Of a stretch of 64,000 bases of DNA, positions 27,767-37,148 are shown one piece after another. Made by a program: the position numbers and the translations under genes. The stretch comes from Dehalococcoidia bacterium (lineage in GTDB: Bacteria; Chloroflexota; Dehalococcoidia; Lucifugimonadales; VXLM01). The notes beneath the pieces were generated by a model. It was not told the origin of the DNA, did not search any database, and worked only from the letters and a program-made list of their open reading frames with translations. The DNA is taken from contig OY759598.1 in the NCBI GenBank assembly GCA_963662435.1, positions 2,636,507-2,700,506 on the forward strand, read 5' to 3'. Numbering within the stretch: the stretch's first letter is position 1; each line of letters starts with the position of its first letter.

Positions 27767-28933
27767 ATGATAGCCCGTCGATCACTGACACATCTCCACA
27801 CACTGCTCGCGGAGTATCCCGCGGTCGCGTTGCTCGGACCACGCCAAGTCGGCAAGACGACCCTTGCCTTCGAAATCGCCGATGCGGAGGACGCGGTATA
27901 CCTCGATCTCGAATCGCCAGCGGACCGGGCCAGGCTCACCGACCCCGATCTCTATCTGGCCGATTACGAGGACCGGCTGGTCATCCTAGACGAAGTCCAC
28001 CGTCTGCCCGGTCTGTTCCAGAGCCTGCGCGGCCTGATCGACCGTGGGAGACGGAGGGGAAAGCGAGCAGGCCGGTTTCTACTCCTGGGATCGGCCTCGA
28101 TGGACCTGCTGCGGCAGTCGGGCGAGACCCTAGCCGGGCGCATCGCCTACCTCGATTTAGGTCCCTTTGACGCGCTGGAGGTAGGCGCGACTGCCCTCGA
28201 TGCACTCTGGGTGCGAGGCGGCTTCCCCGACAGTTTCCTGGCGGGTGACGACGACCGTAGTCTCACTTGGCGGGAGAACTTCATCCGCACCTACCTTGAG
28301 CGAGACGTTCCCCAGTTCGGCCCGCGTATTCCCGCCGAGACCCTCAGACGCTTTTGGGTGATGCTGGCGCACAATCAGGGAGGAGTGATCAACGCGGCAG
28401 GCCTAGCGCGTGGCCTCGGCGTGGACAACAAGACCGTCTCCAGATACCTGGACCTCATGGTCGACCTTCTGCTGGTGCGCCGCCTCACGCCGTGGCGCAG
28501 AAACGTCGGTAAGCGCTTGGTGAAGTCGCCGAAGGTGTACGTCCGTGACAGCGGGATCGTTCATGCCCTGCTCGGTCTCAGCTCCAAGGAAGACGTCATT
28601 GGCCATCCGGTCGTCGGCATGAGCTGGGAAGGATTTGTGCTGGAGACTCTGTTGTCGGTCGCTCCGAGCCGTGCCGAGGCGAACTTCTACCGCGCGTCAG
28701 GCGGAGCCGAGATCGACTTCATCCTGACCTTACCGGGGCGAGAGCCTTGGGCAATAGAAATCAAGCGAAGCCTCGACCCGCGACCGCGAAGGGGCTTTCA
28801 CAGCGCCTGCGGAGACGTACGTCCTGAAGCCAAGTTCGTCGTATATCCGGGGAGCGAGCGGTTCAGGATTGCGGAGGACATTGAAGCCGTCACGGTAGTC
28901 GATCTGGCGAATGAGGTGGCGGGTGCGGGGTGA
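27767..28933 (+). CDS. AAA_14 ATPase with DUF4143 domain
   Basis: GPRQVGKTT, ILDEV, LLGSAS, RGGFP, KSPKVYVRDSG, EIDF..AIEIK. Confidence 0.92.
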   Translation: MIARRSLTHLHTLLAEYPAVALLGPRQVGKTTLAFEIADAEDAVYLDLESPADRARLTDPDLYLADYEDRLVILDEVHRLPGLFQSLRGLIDRGRRRGKRAGRFLLLGSASMDLLRQSGETLAGRIAYLDLGPFDALEVGATALDALWVRGGFPDSFLAGDDDRSLTWRENFIRTYLERDVPQFGPRIPAETLRRFWVMLAHNQGGVINAAGLARGLGVDNKTVSRYLDLMVDLLLVRRLTPWRRNVGKRLVKSPKVYVRDSGIVHALLGLSSKEDVIGHPVVGMSWEGFVLETLLSVAPSRAEANFYRASGGAEIDFILTLPGREPWAIEIKRSLDPRPRRGFHSACGDVRPEAKFVVYPGSERFRIAEDIEAVTVVDLANEVAGAG

Positions 28934-28951
28934 CGGCAACCGAGGGATTCA

Positions 28952-29028
28952 TGGAGCGGGAGACGGGACTCGAACCCGCGACAGCCTGCTTGGAAGGCAG
29001 GAACTCTACCAGACTGAGTTACTCCCGC
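28952..29028 (-). tRNA. tRNA-Gly (TCC)
   Basis: GCGGGAGTAACTCAGTCTGGTAGAGTTCCTGCCTTCCAAGCAGGCTGTCGCGGGTTCGAGTCCCGTCTCCCGCTCCA folds as a cloverleaf with encoded CCA. Confidence 0.97.
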
Positions 29029-29083
29029 TTGCCACTCAAGTCTATCAATACCTGCAATTTGAGTCTACGGTTACGCCACCCTT

Positions 29084-29236
29084 GTAACTGTTCAGAGTTG
29101 ATGAGAGGAAATGCGAAGCCCCCTCTCTGAATCTCTCCCCCCTGGGGGAGAGATTGTAGATTCTTCGTCGCTGCGCTCCTCAGAATGACATCAGTAGGAC
29201 ATGCACCTGAATATCTCACCAACTCTGAACAGTCAT
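29084..29236. mobile_element. 153-bp MITE-like element carrying REP hairpins
   Basis: TIR core ACTGTTCAGAGTTGATGAGA / TCTCACCAACTCTGAACAGT (1 mismatch in 20); direct repeat CCACCCTT at 29076 and 29237. Confidence 0.75.
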
Positions 29237-29261
29237 CCACCCTTTCCAACGCGCGGTGGGG

Positions 29262-30500
29262 CTATAGCTCGAAGGCGGCGGTGGCGATGTTGGCGATGTG
29301 GCGGCTGATGGGTAGGCTGGAGGTGGCTGCGGGGGACGGGGCGTTGAGGACGTGGATTGCCCTGTCGCCCTGGAGGATCTTGAAGTCCTGAAGCAGGGCG
29401 CCGCTGTCGTCGATGGCCTGGGCACGGACGCCGGCACTTGGCTGCCACACGTCCTCCGGCTCGATTGACGGTACGAGTTTCTGCAGGGAGTCTACGAAGG
29501 AGGACTTGAAGAGGGAGCGGTACTGCTCTTTCATGCCGGTCATCCAGTGGGTCATCGACATGCGCCAGAAGCCCGGATGGGTGGCTATGTCAAGCGCATC
29601 CTCGACGTCGAATGACGCCTTGCCGTACCCCTCGCGCTTGAGGGACAGGACGGCGTTGGGGCCAGCCTCGACGCTTCCGTCGACCCGCTTGGTGAAGTGC
29701 ACGCCGAGGAAGGGCAGCTTCGGGTCGGGCACCGGGTAGATGAGGCCATTGACGAGGTGCTCCTTCTCCGGTCTCAGGGAGAAGTACTCCCCTCTGAAGG
29801 GGACGATGCGAAGGCCGGCCCGTTCGCCCATGTCACGGGCAAGTTTGTCGGCCTGGAGACCGCCGCAGTTGATGACGCACGACGCCGTGATCGTGTCCGT
29901 GTCCGTGTCGATGTGCATCGTGTTGCCGCGCCGGGCGACGTGTCCCACGCGGGTGTTCAACCGGAGTTCGCCGCCCATCTCACCGAAGTCGGTCGCGTAG
30001 GCTTGGGAGACGCGGCGGTAGTCGACTATGCCGGTCTCCGGCGACCAGATGGCCTTGATTCCTGCAGCGTGGGGCTCGATCTCGCGGAGGCGCTCACGGC
30101 CAATGAGCTCCAGTCCCTTCACTCCGTTGGCCTTGCCTCGTGCGAATAGATCGTGCAGACGTGTGACCTCCGGCTCGTCCGTAGCGACGATCACCTTGCC
30201 GCACATCTCATAGTCGATGCCCCGTTCGTCGCAGTACCGGCGTAGCTCGAGGTTGCCGGTATAGCAGAAGCCGGCCTTCTGCGAACCGGGAGCGTAGTAG
30301 ATGCCCGCGTGGATGACGCCGCTATTGTGTCCAGTCTGGTGTAGGGCAACTTCACTCTCTTTTTCCAGCACGACGATGCGGCGGTCGGGATGCTTCTGCG
30401 CGAGCGTCATCGCGGTGGCGAGGCCGATGATGCCTCCGCCGATGATCGCGATGTCGTACTTGGTCGTTTTCAAAGCCATCGTATGCGTGTCCTCATCCAA
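29262..30500 (-). CDS. lhgO: L-2-hydroxyglutarate oxidase
   Basis: IIGGGIIG, HQTGHNSGVIHAGIYY, PFRGEY, PFLGVH, GVRAQA, NAPSPAATSS. Confidence 0.92.
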   Translation of the reverse strand: MDEDTHTMALKTTKYDIAIIGGGIIGLATAMTLAQKHPDRRIVVLEKESEVALHQTGHNSGVIHAGIYYAPGSQKAGFCYTGNLELRRYCDERGIDYEMCGKVIVATDEPEVTRLHDLFARGKANGVKGLELIGRERLREIEPHAAGIKAIWSPETGIVDYRRVSQAYATDFGEMGGELRLNTRVGHVARRGNTMHIDTDTDTITASCVINCGGLQADKLARDMGERAGLRIVPFRGEYFSLRPEKEHLVNGLIYPVPDPKLPFLGVHFTKRVDGSVEAGPNAVLSLKREGYGKASFDVEDALDIATHPGFWRMSMTHWMTGMKEQYRSLFKSSFVDSLQKLVPSIEPEDVWQPSAGVRAQAIDDSGALLQDFKILQGDRAIHVLNAPSPAATSSLPISRHIANIATAAFEL

Positions 30501-30682
30501 ACCTGGTGGTGTTACTTGCGTAACCTGTTATTCGGGTGAAAGTCCGAAGCGAGCACCTTGCGGAACCAGAGCATTCACCCTCACCCCAGCCCTCTCCCGC
30601 GAACGGGAGAGGGGGTAATTCATAACTGATTGCTCATTTGCCTATCCCCATCAGCGAACGGGCGCGGGTGTATTATGGGACT

Positions 30683-31195
30683 ATGATAACGCACCGCCGC
30701 GTCGAGGTTGAGCGTGACACGGACACGTTGTTCGAGCTTCATAGCCACGCGAACTACTTCAGCTCCAGCCCGTGGGTGACTGCGTCCACGTCGTTCGAGC
30801 GGTATATGGACCACTGGCTGAAGTCGCCGCAGACCCAGGAGTTTCTCGGCAACCTGATGAAGTCGCTGAACGATCCCCGCACGGTGGCCGAGTTGTGGGA
30901 GGTCGACGGTGAAGCGGCAGGGTTCGTCCATGTCAGGTTCACCGACGCGGAGGGGTACGACTTCACCCGCGCGGACGTGTACGACCTTGCGGTAGCGCCG
31001 GAGTACCGCAGGATGGGGATCGGCTCGCGGATGATGGCGTTCGCGGAGGAGGCAGCCCGGACGAATGGCGCCAATGCGCTCTACATCGGCACGGGGTGGG
31101 AGAATGAGCCGGCGCGGTCACTGTATGTCAGGCGTGGCTTTCGAGAACGAGAGATTGAATACGAAATGCTCTTCCGCCGTCCTGATCCGCTGTAG
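30683..31195 (+). CDS. GNAT family N-acetyltransferase
   Basis: LAVAPEYRRMGIG, NEPARSLY..RGF. Confidence 0.85.
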   Translation: MITHRRVEVERDTDTLFELHSHANYFSSSPWVTASTSFERYMDHWLKSPQTQEFLGNLMKSLNDPRTVAELWEVDGEAAGFVHVRFTDAEGYDFTRADVYDLAVAPEYRRMGIGSRMMAFAEEAARTNGANALYIGTGWENEPARSLYVRRGFREREIEYEMLFRRPDPL

Positions 31196-32133
31196 CGGGG
31201 GTGTGGGGACTTTTCGCAGAGGGCGTGCAACCACATGGGTCTGCCCCTACGACGAGTGAGGAAGAAATGTGTGGATTGACGCACCCATCTACCGGGGGAT
31301 CTTGCCAAAAAGTGTGGCATTTTGGGACATTCTGTGACATTTTATTCGTTATTGTAAAGTTATCGGCAGATGACCTTCGGTCCAGCGATGAGGCTACAGG
31401 CGGCTGACCATCCGAGGATTCCCCCACTTTCTGTAACATTTTGCAACTCTTGGAGTTGTCGCTTCGTCCGGAGACGCATCACCCCTATGTAGTGTGGTAC
31501 ATGTGTTCTTATTTGTCATATTGGGATTGGGGGGGCTGTTTCAGTCTCCGTGAGTTGAGTTGCGAAGACCCCCTCTCTGTGTCTCTCCCCCGGCGGGGGC
31601 GAGATTGGTGGTTCCTCGTCGCTGCGCTCGTCAGAATGTGTCATGAGGGTTGCCACCCTCACCACCTGGAATGAAAAGGTGACTCGGCATGACAAGGACG
31701 GAAGATGGATTCCTGCCTACGCAGGAATGACGGTGTGGAGGTTGGCGCTGCGGCTATTCTCAGAGCATTCGCTCATGCAGGCTGTCACCGACACGACCAA
31801 CCATGAAAATGGCGGTAGGGGCGATTCGCGAATCGCCCCTACAGGAGGGTATTTTCAGGGGAGTGCCAGCTAAGAAATTGTCTCAAAGCTGTGTGGGTTG
31901 GTAGAGAATTGCCCTTCGACAAGCTCAGGGCGAACGGGGTTTTCTCAGAGGCTATGATTGGAATTACTCGTCGATAGTTTCTAAAGGACAGTTTCGAGAC
32001 TTTCTACCGAGGCGAAACAGCTGCAATGGGACACTTGGCCGATGGTGCGTCCCACAGCCTTATCAATCGTGGTATGCTCGACGCGCTTTGCGCTTGCAGC
32101 AAGGCGGCAAAACAACGCAGCGAGGAGAGGAAC

Positions 32134-32844
32134 GTGACGACCCTGCTTTGCAACGAGGACGCGTACCTTAAGGAGTTCGATGCGACCGTGACCGCGGTGA
32201 CGGAGAAGGGGGTGGTGCTGGACCGGACGGCGTTCTATCCCGGCGGGGGAGGACAGCCCCCAGATGCGGGGACTCTGAGGGCGGGTATGGAAGAGTACAG
32301 CGTCAAGAAGCTCTCGAGGGCCGACGGGCGAATCGTGCATGAGATAGACGGTGACGCGTTCCCTCAAGAGGGCACCGCCGTACACGGCGTTATCGATTGG
32401 GAACGGCGGTACAGCCTCATGCGCACGCACACGGCGTTGCACATCCTGTGCGGCGTGGTGTGGCGGGACTACGGGGCGCTGGTGACGGGCGGGAACATGG
32501 AGCCGCTGACGGCGCGGATGGACTTCGAGTTGGAGAGCATGTCAGCGGACTTCGCCCGCGAGGTGGAGCGCACCATTAATGAAGAGGTCGCGGCGGAGAG
32601 GGACGTCCACGTCGCCGTCCATCCTCGTGAAGAGGCACTCACCATTCCCGACCTGATACGCACGAAGGTGAACCTCATCCCGGAGTCGGTGAAGAAGATA
32701 CGCACGATCGACATCGAGGGGCTCGACCTGCAGGCGGACGGGGGACTTCACGTCCACAACACGAGGGAGGTCGGCACGATCCGGGTGGTGAAGCACGAGA
32801 GCAAGGGGCGGATCAACAAGCGGCTGCGGATCAGGGTTGAGTAG
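32134..32844 (+). CDS. alaX: alanyl-tRNA editing protein AlaX
   Basis: LDRTAFYPGGGGQPPD, MRTHTALH, DLQADGGLHV; GAGGAG RBS before GTG. Confidence 0.9.
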   Translation: MTTLLCNEDAYLKEFDATVTAVTEKGVVLDRTAFYPGGGGQPPDAGTLRAGMEEYSVKKLSRADGRIVHEIDGDAFPQEGTAVHGVIDWERRYSLMRTHTALHILCGVVWRDYGALVTGGNMEPLTARMDFELESMSADFAREVERTINEEVAAERDVHVAVHPREEALTIPDLIRTKVNLIPESVKKIRTIDIEGLDLQADGGLHVHNTREVGTIRVVKHESKGRINKRLRIRVE

Positions 32845-33043
32845 GGCGGGTGACGGTTCCTTATGATTTGGAAGCTCTCTTGAAAAACCCTCACCCCCGT
32901 ATCGAGTACGGGGCAGGCTCTAGTCCTCTCCCACGACGGGAGAAGGGATAAGAGGGACTCACCGCGGAGGGCGCGGAGAGCGCAGAGAGGAAATTGGGTG
33001 CTGGGAAGGGCGATTCGCGAATCGCCCCTACGGGAACGCGGTT

Positions 33044-33140
33044 TTGACGTGGCGGTGATGCGGACGTAGACTGGAATGACATAGAAGAAGGCGCCGAGGG
33101 CGCCCGTCCCACATGGTTGGGGGCGGGCGCTTTTCTTTTC
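33044..33140 (+). promoter_or_regulatory. sigma70-type promoter followed by a short leader and intrinsic terminator
   Basis: TTGACG(33044)-17 nt-TAGACT(33067); stem GCGCCCGTCCC/GGGGCGGGCGC (33100-33130) then TTTTCTTTT. Confidence 0.65.
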
Positions 33141-33158
33141 GGCGGGGTCGGAGCGGCA

Positions 33159-34553
33159 TTGTTAGAGTGGCTGGACGACTTACAGAAAGAGACGGGCGTG
33201 CTCCCGACACCGGAGCAGGCCGAGATACTTGCGTGTGACAGGAGGTTCATCCTCGTGGCCGGAGGGGAGCAGGCGGGGAAGTCGGTGGTGGCGGCGCTGT
33301 TCCTGATCCGAAACTATTTCGAGCTCTTGGGGGACCGGGAGGCGGAAGCGCAGGCGGGCAGTCACGAACGGCGTGAGCGCGGTCGACGTCAGAGTCCCCC
33401 GCTCTACTGGCTTGTGGGAGCGACGTATGGAGAGACGGAGCGAGAGTTCCGGTACCTGGCGGAGTGGTTCGGGGTGCTCGGACTGCTGGCCGAGGCAACC
33501 AAGGGGGTTGAACGCGGGCGAATCGTGCTTTCGGACGGAACGAGGATCGAGACGAAGAGCGCGGTGGACCCCCGCACGTTGTCGAAGGAGGCTCCGGACG
33601 GGATCATCGGGTGCGAGGCGAGCCAGCTCGATTTGACGGTGTTCAGCCGGATGCGAGGCCGTGTGACACCCAGGAACGGCTGGCTCTTCCTCGCGGGCAC
33701 CTTCGAGTCGAGCGTGGGCTGGTACCCGCAACTGTTCAAGGCCTGGCAGCAGGGCGGGCCTGACCGGAGGAGCTTCTCGCTGCCGTCGTGGACGAATCGC
33801 ACGTTCTATCCCGGCGGAAGGGACGACCCGCAGTTGGTGTCTCTGCAGGCCGACTCGACGGACGATTTCTTCATGGAGCGCATAGCGGGACAGCCCGTGC
33901 CGCCCAAGGGACTGGTCGTGCCGGAGGTACGGCCAAGCGTACACGTGCGAGACGTTCAGTATGTTCCGGGCCTACCAGTGCGGCTCGCCATCGATCCCGG
34001 ATACGCGGGGGCGTACTCCGTCGAGGTTCTCCAGTACATCGACGGGCGGGAGGTTGTCGTCGACGAGATATACGAGCGGGGGCTTGTGACCGAGGAGATC
34101 ATAGCAATGGCGCAGTCCAGACCCTGGTGGCCGGACGTCGAGGGCGGAGTAATTGACGTGGCGGGATACCAGCACCATTCAATGCCGGCGCCGGCCGAGG
34201 CGTGGTTGGAGGAGGGAGGCGTGTCCCTTTCGGCGTCGCGTGTCTCGATCAATGACGGGACGCAGCGACTGCGATCGTTCCTGAAGGTACCTGCCGACGA
34301 CAACGGGCCGAAGCTCCTGATCGGAAGCCACTGCAAGGGCATCTTGTCGGAGCTGGGAGTCACGCCCAATCCATTCGACGGGCAAACTCGGCCATACCGA
34401 TGGAAGACCGACCGTGAGGGGAATATTGTCGGCCGCGTGCCGGAGGACCGGTACAATCACGCCGTCAAGGCGGTCATCTACCACCTCGTGGACAAATACG
34501 GGTATGCGTCAAGGCCGCGGGCCGACACTTTCCGCGTCAGGAGATTCGCGTAG
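33159..34553 (+). CDS. phage terminase large subunit-like protein (orphan)
   Basis: PTPEQ, VAGGEQAGKS (Walker A), Walker B-like GIIGCEA, RNase H-like LAIDPG, YRW..YNHAVKA; start taken as TTG after GGAG. Confidence 0.78.
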   Translation: MLEWLDDLQKETGVLPTPEQAEILACDRRFILVAGGEQAGKSVVAALFLIRNYFELLGDREAEAQAGSHERRERGRRQSPPLYWLVGATYGETEREFRYLAEWFGVLGLLAEATKGVERGRIVLSDGTRIETKSAVDPRTLSKEAPDGIIGCEASQLDLTVFSRMRGRVTPRNGWLFLAGTFESSVGWYPQLFKAWQQGGPDRRSFSLPSWTNRTFYPGGRDDPQLVSLQADSTDDFFMERIAGQPVPPKGLVVPEVRPSVHVRDVQYVPGLPVRLAIDPGYAGAYSVEVLQYIDGREVVVDEIYERGLVTEEIIAMAQSRPWWPDVEGGVIDVAGYQHHSMPAPAEAWLEEGGVSLSASRVSINDGTQRLRSFLKVPADDNGPKLLIGSHCKGILSELGVTPNPFDGQTRPYRWKTDREGNIVGRVPEDRYNHAVKAVIYHLVDKYGYASRPRADTFRVRRFA

Positions 34554-34769
34554 TTGCTCGAAGAGGAGACTGAAGCGCTTCTGCATGCAAATTGATACAT
34601 CATCAGAGTAGTCACTAGGCGTTATGTCGATGCGAAGCTTCGGCCCACAAAGGTCTTGAATAAAGCCTTCGACCCGACGTGTGACATCTGAATTGCTCTC
34701 TGACGTAGGTACTAGCACGTGCGTTCGCTACTATGCTAGAATGATTGGCGCTTACTACTCTGGTAGAGG

Positions 34770-36176
34770 TTGAAGGGCATGGCAATCGGGAATTCTCCAA
34801 ATGGCGGCAGTACACGCGCTCGGCAGGCTCTTGAGGATCGTTTCGTGGATCGCTTGTCCATCAACTATGATTTGACTCGAAAAGCAGTGTCGTTTCAAGG
34901 GAATCAACGAGTTCCTGGTCTGCGCTGGATGAAGTACAAAGAGGCGTATTCCCGTAAGTTGGTCGAAGACATGCTGGATGCCTTTAAGCCAATGTCAGTT
35001 CTCGACCCCTTTGCCGGAATAGGAACAACTCCACTGATGGCTGCGTCGAGGGGAATGCGGGCTACTGGAGTTGAGATCATGCCAGTTGGAGTTCTCGCGA
35101 GTACTGCGATCTCCGAGGCTGCTAATGGCGTATCTAAGGGGGCACTTGAATCGGAAGGGATGAAGCTTCTCAATGCGGTGACGACCCGCGACGACACTCC
35201 CTCTGAGCACATCTTTCCCCACGTGAGAATAACGGAAGCAGCATTCCCATTAAGCAACGAGTCGGCTATCGCCCGCGCACGAGAGTTCCTAAATGGAGTC
35301 CCCGATGAGTCGATGCGAACAATTCTTAACTTCGCCTGCATGTCAGTCTTGGAGGCAGCCAGCTATACACGTAAGGACGGCCAATACCTACGCTGGGACT
35401 ACCGGTCAGGGAGGTCTCTGAAAGCAAAGGTCAACAAGGGTCCTATCCTACCGTTTGCTCAGGCGCTAGGTGAACGTCTATTCGAAATCATTCAGGACAT
35501 GGAACCGCTTAAACAGGAGTTCGGCGGTGCATCGCCCGAGTTTCTTACAGGATCAAGCCTGGAGTTGCTACGCCATCTTCCCACCCATTCTTTTGATATG
35601 GTCATGACATCCCCACCCTACGCCAATAGGTACGATTACACTAGAACTTACGCCCTCGAGCTAGCATGGCTCGGATACAACAACGACGAGTTCGCAAAGC
35701 TGAGGCAGCGTATGCTGTCCGCAACCGTTGAGAATAAGCCGAAGCTAGAATGGCTCCGCCATACGTACGGGAATTGCTCGGATGTGCTTGATAACGCTGT
35801 TCAGATGTACAATGGTCAGTCAGCCATAAACGAAGTGTTGAATATCCTTAGGGAGCATATAGAAGAACTAGGAAATAGGCACGTAATCCGACTTATCGAA
35901 GGTTACTTTCTAGAAATGTCGCTGATCATTGCCGAACTGGGACGAGTCGTCCGGCCGGGGGGCAGGGTTGTGATGGTTAACGACAACGTTCAGTACCATG
36001 GAGAAGAAGTTCCCGTCGATCTCATCCTTTCAGACTTCGCGGAACAGTCGGGTTTCGAATGTCAGAAGATCTGGACCCTCCAGCGAGGGAAGGGAAACTC
36101 AAGCCAGCAGATGGGCAAATTCGGAAGGCGTGAACTTCGAAAGTGCGTCTATCTGTGGGTGAGAACAAATGACTGA
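34770..36176 (+). CDS. DNA methyltransferase, probably N4-cytosine
   Basis: RWMKYKEAYS, VLDPFAGIGTT, TSPPY. Confidence 0.9.
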   Translation: MKGMAIGNSPNGGSTRARQALEDRFVDRLSINYDLTRKAVSFQGNQRVPGLRWMKYKEAYSRKLVEDMLDAFKPMSVLDPFAGIGTTPLMAASRGMRATGVEIMPVGVLASTAISEAANGVSKGALESEGMKLLNAVTTRDDTPSEHIFPHVRITEAAFPLSNESAIARAREFLNGVPDESMRTILNFACMSVLEAASYTRKDGQYLRWDYRSGRSLKAKVNKGPILPFAQALGERLFEIIQDMEPLKQEFGGASPEFLTGSSLELLRHLPTHSFDMVMTSPPYANRYDYTRTYALELAWLGYNNDEFAKLRQRMLSATVENKPKLEWLRHTYGNCSDVLDNAVQMYNGQSAINEVLNILREHIEELGNRHVIRLIEGYFLEMSLIIAELGRVVRPGGRVVMVNDNVQYHGEEVPVDLILSDFAEQSGFECQKIWTLQRGKGNSSQQMGKFGRRELRKCVYLWVRTND

Positions 36177-37113
36177 TCTCCATGACGCTCAGATTAGATC
36201 TGCGTTAATGGCAGAACGAATTCGACAACGAACCGACATTGCACTACGCGAATTGATCTCCGAGTACGAAGACGATCTCGTGTTTTGTCCGCTGGACGAA
36301 TTCATGATCAGTGAACAAGCGTGGCAATACATCACTGATTCTGGCAACAATCCGAAGTTTGCTTTTGCTCATCCCAAGCTTTTGCGCGCACTTCCCTCGG
36401 CGTCTCAGTACTATCGCGGGATAGCGTTGTTGCCGCTAAAGCGAGTAGCCAAGATTGCGGGCTCTGTGTCCTCATGGGAATCCGGTGACCGCAAGACTTC
36501 CATAGGCCACCAAAAGAGCGAGAAGGTAGCACAACTTTACAACGCAGTGATTTCTTCGATCATCGAAGGCACATCAAATTGGACTCTTGAAAACGGCTAC
36601 CGTAACATCATCGCTACCTTGGGCATCGGCCTAGACGGCACCTTCCGGAATATCATCGGCCAGGATGCGGAAGTGCTCATTAAGACCCGCATTTTGAATT
36701 GGTTGGATTCCCAACTGTTAATTTGCGCACGCAACTCCGACTCAACGGAGTTTTCTTTGCCGCTTGGATACTCAATGTACTACGGCACCGAACCCGATAT
36801 TCTATTTCAACGCAACCAAGACGGAATTAACCGTTCGGTCGCAACCATCGAAGTTAAGGGAGGGAAGGATCCAGCTGGAGCATTAGAAAGACTGGGGGCC
36901 ATGCAGAAGAGCTTTGAGAATACGCCCCCTAACTGTGTCAATATCCTGATCGCTGGTGTAGTTACAAATGAAATGAAGGCGCGTCTTGTTGGGTTGGGAG
37001 TAGAGAAAGTCTTTCTGCTTGACTCCCTAGCCCACGACGGTGAAAGTTGGATAGATTTCCTTAATGAAGTCTTTCATTACACGATTCGCATTACCAAAGA
37101 AACAATCACCTAG
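36169..37113 (+). CDS. type II restriction endonuclease, XcyI-like
   Basis: EPDI..IEVKGGKDPAGALERLG PD-(D/E)xK motif, G.FRN.IG; overlaps the MTase stop. Confidence 0.75.
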   Translation: MTDLHDAQIRSALMAERIRQRTDIALRELISEYEDDLVFCPLDEFMISEQAWQYITDSGNNPKFAFAHPKLLRALPSASQYYRGIALLPLKRVAKIAGSVSSWESGDRKTSIGHQKSEKVAQLYNAVISSIIEGTSNWTLENGYRNIIATLGIGLDGTFRNIIGQDAEVLIKTRILNWLDSQLLICARNSDSTEFSLPLGYSMYYGTEPDILFQRNQDGINRSVATIEVKGGKDPAGALERLGAMQKSFENTPPNCVNILIAGVVTNEMKARLVGLGVEKVFLLDSLAHDGESWIDFLNEVFHYTIRITKETIT

Positions 37114-37148
37114 GCCTTCAAACCGCGAAAATTCGGAGCCATAGCGTC

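Noticed and set aside
27610..29028. Integrative element at tRNA-Gly
   Set aside because: No integrase and no duplicated tRNA 3' end seen in the window.
34600..34640. Integron attC site (GCGTTAT) before the R-M genes
   Set aside because: No matching inverse core site or attC-like palindrome, and no integron integrase.
33117..37113. Intact prophage
   Set aside because: Only a terminase-like gene is present; no integrase, structural genes or att repeats were found.
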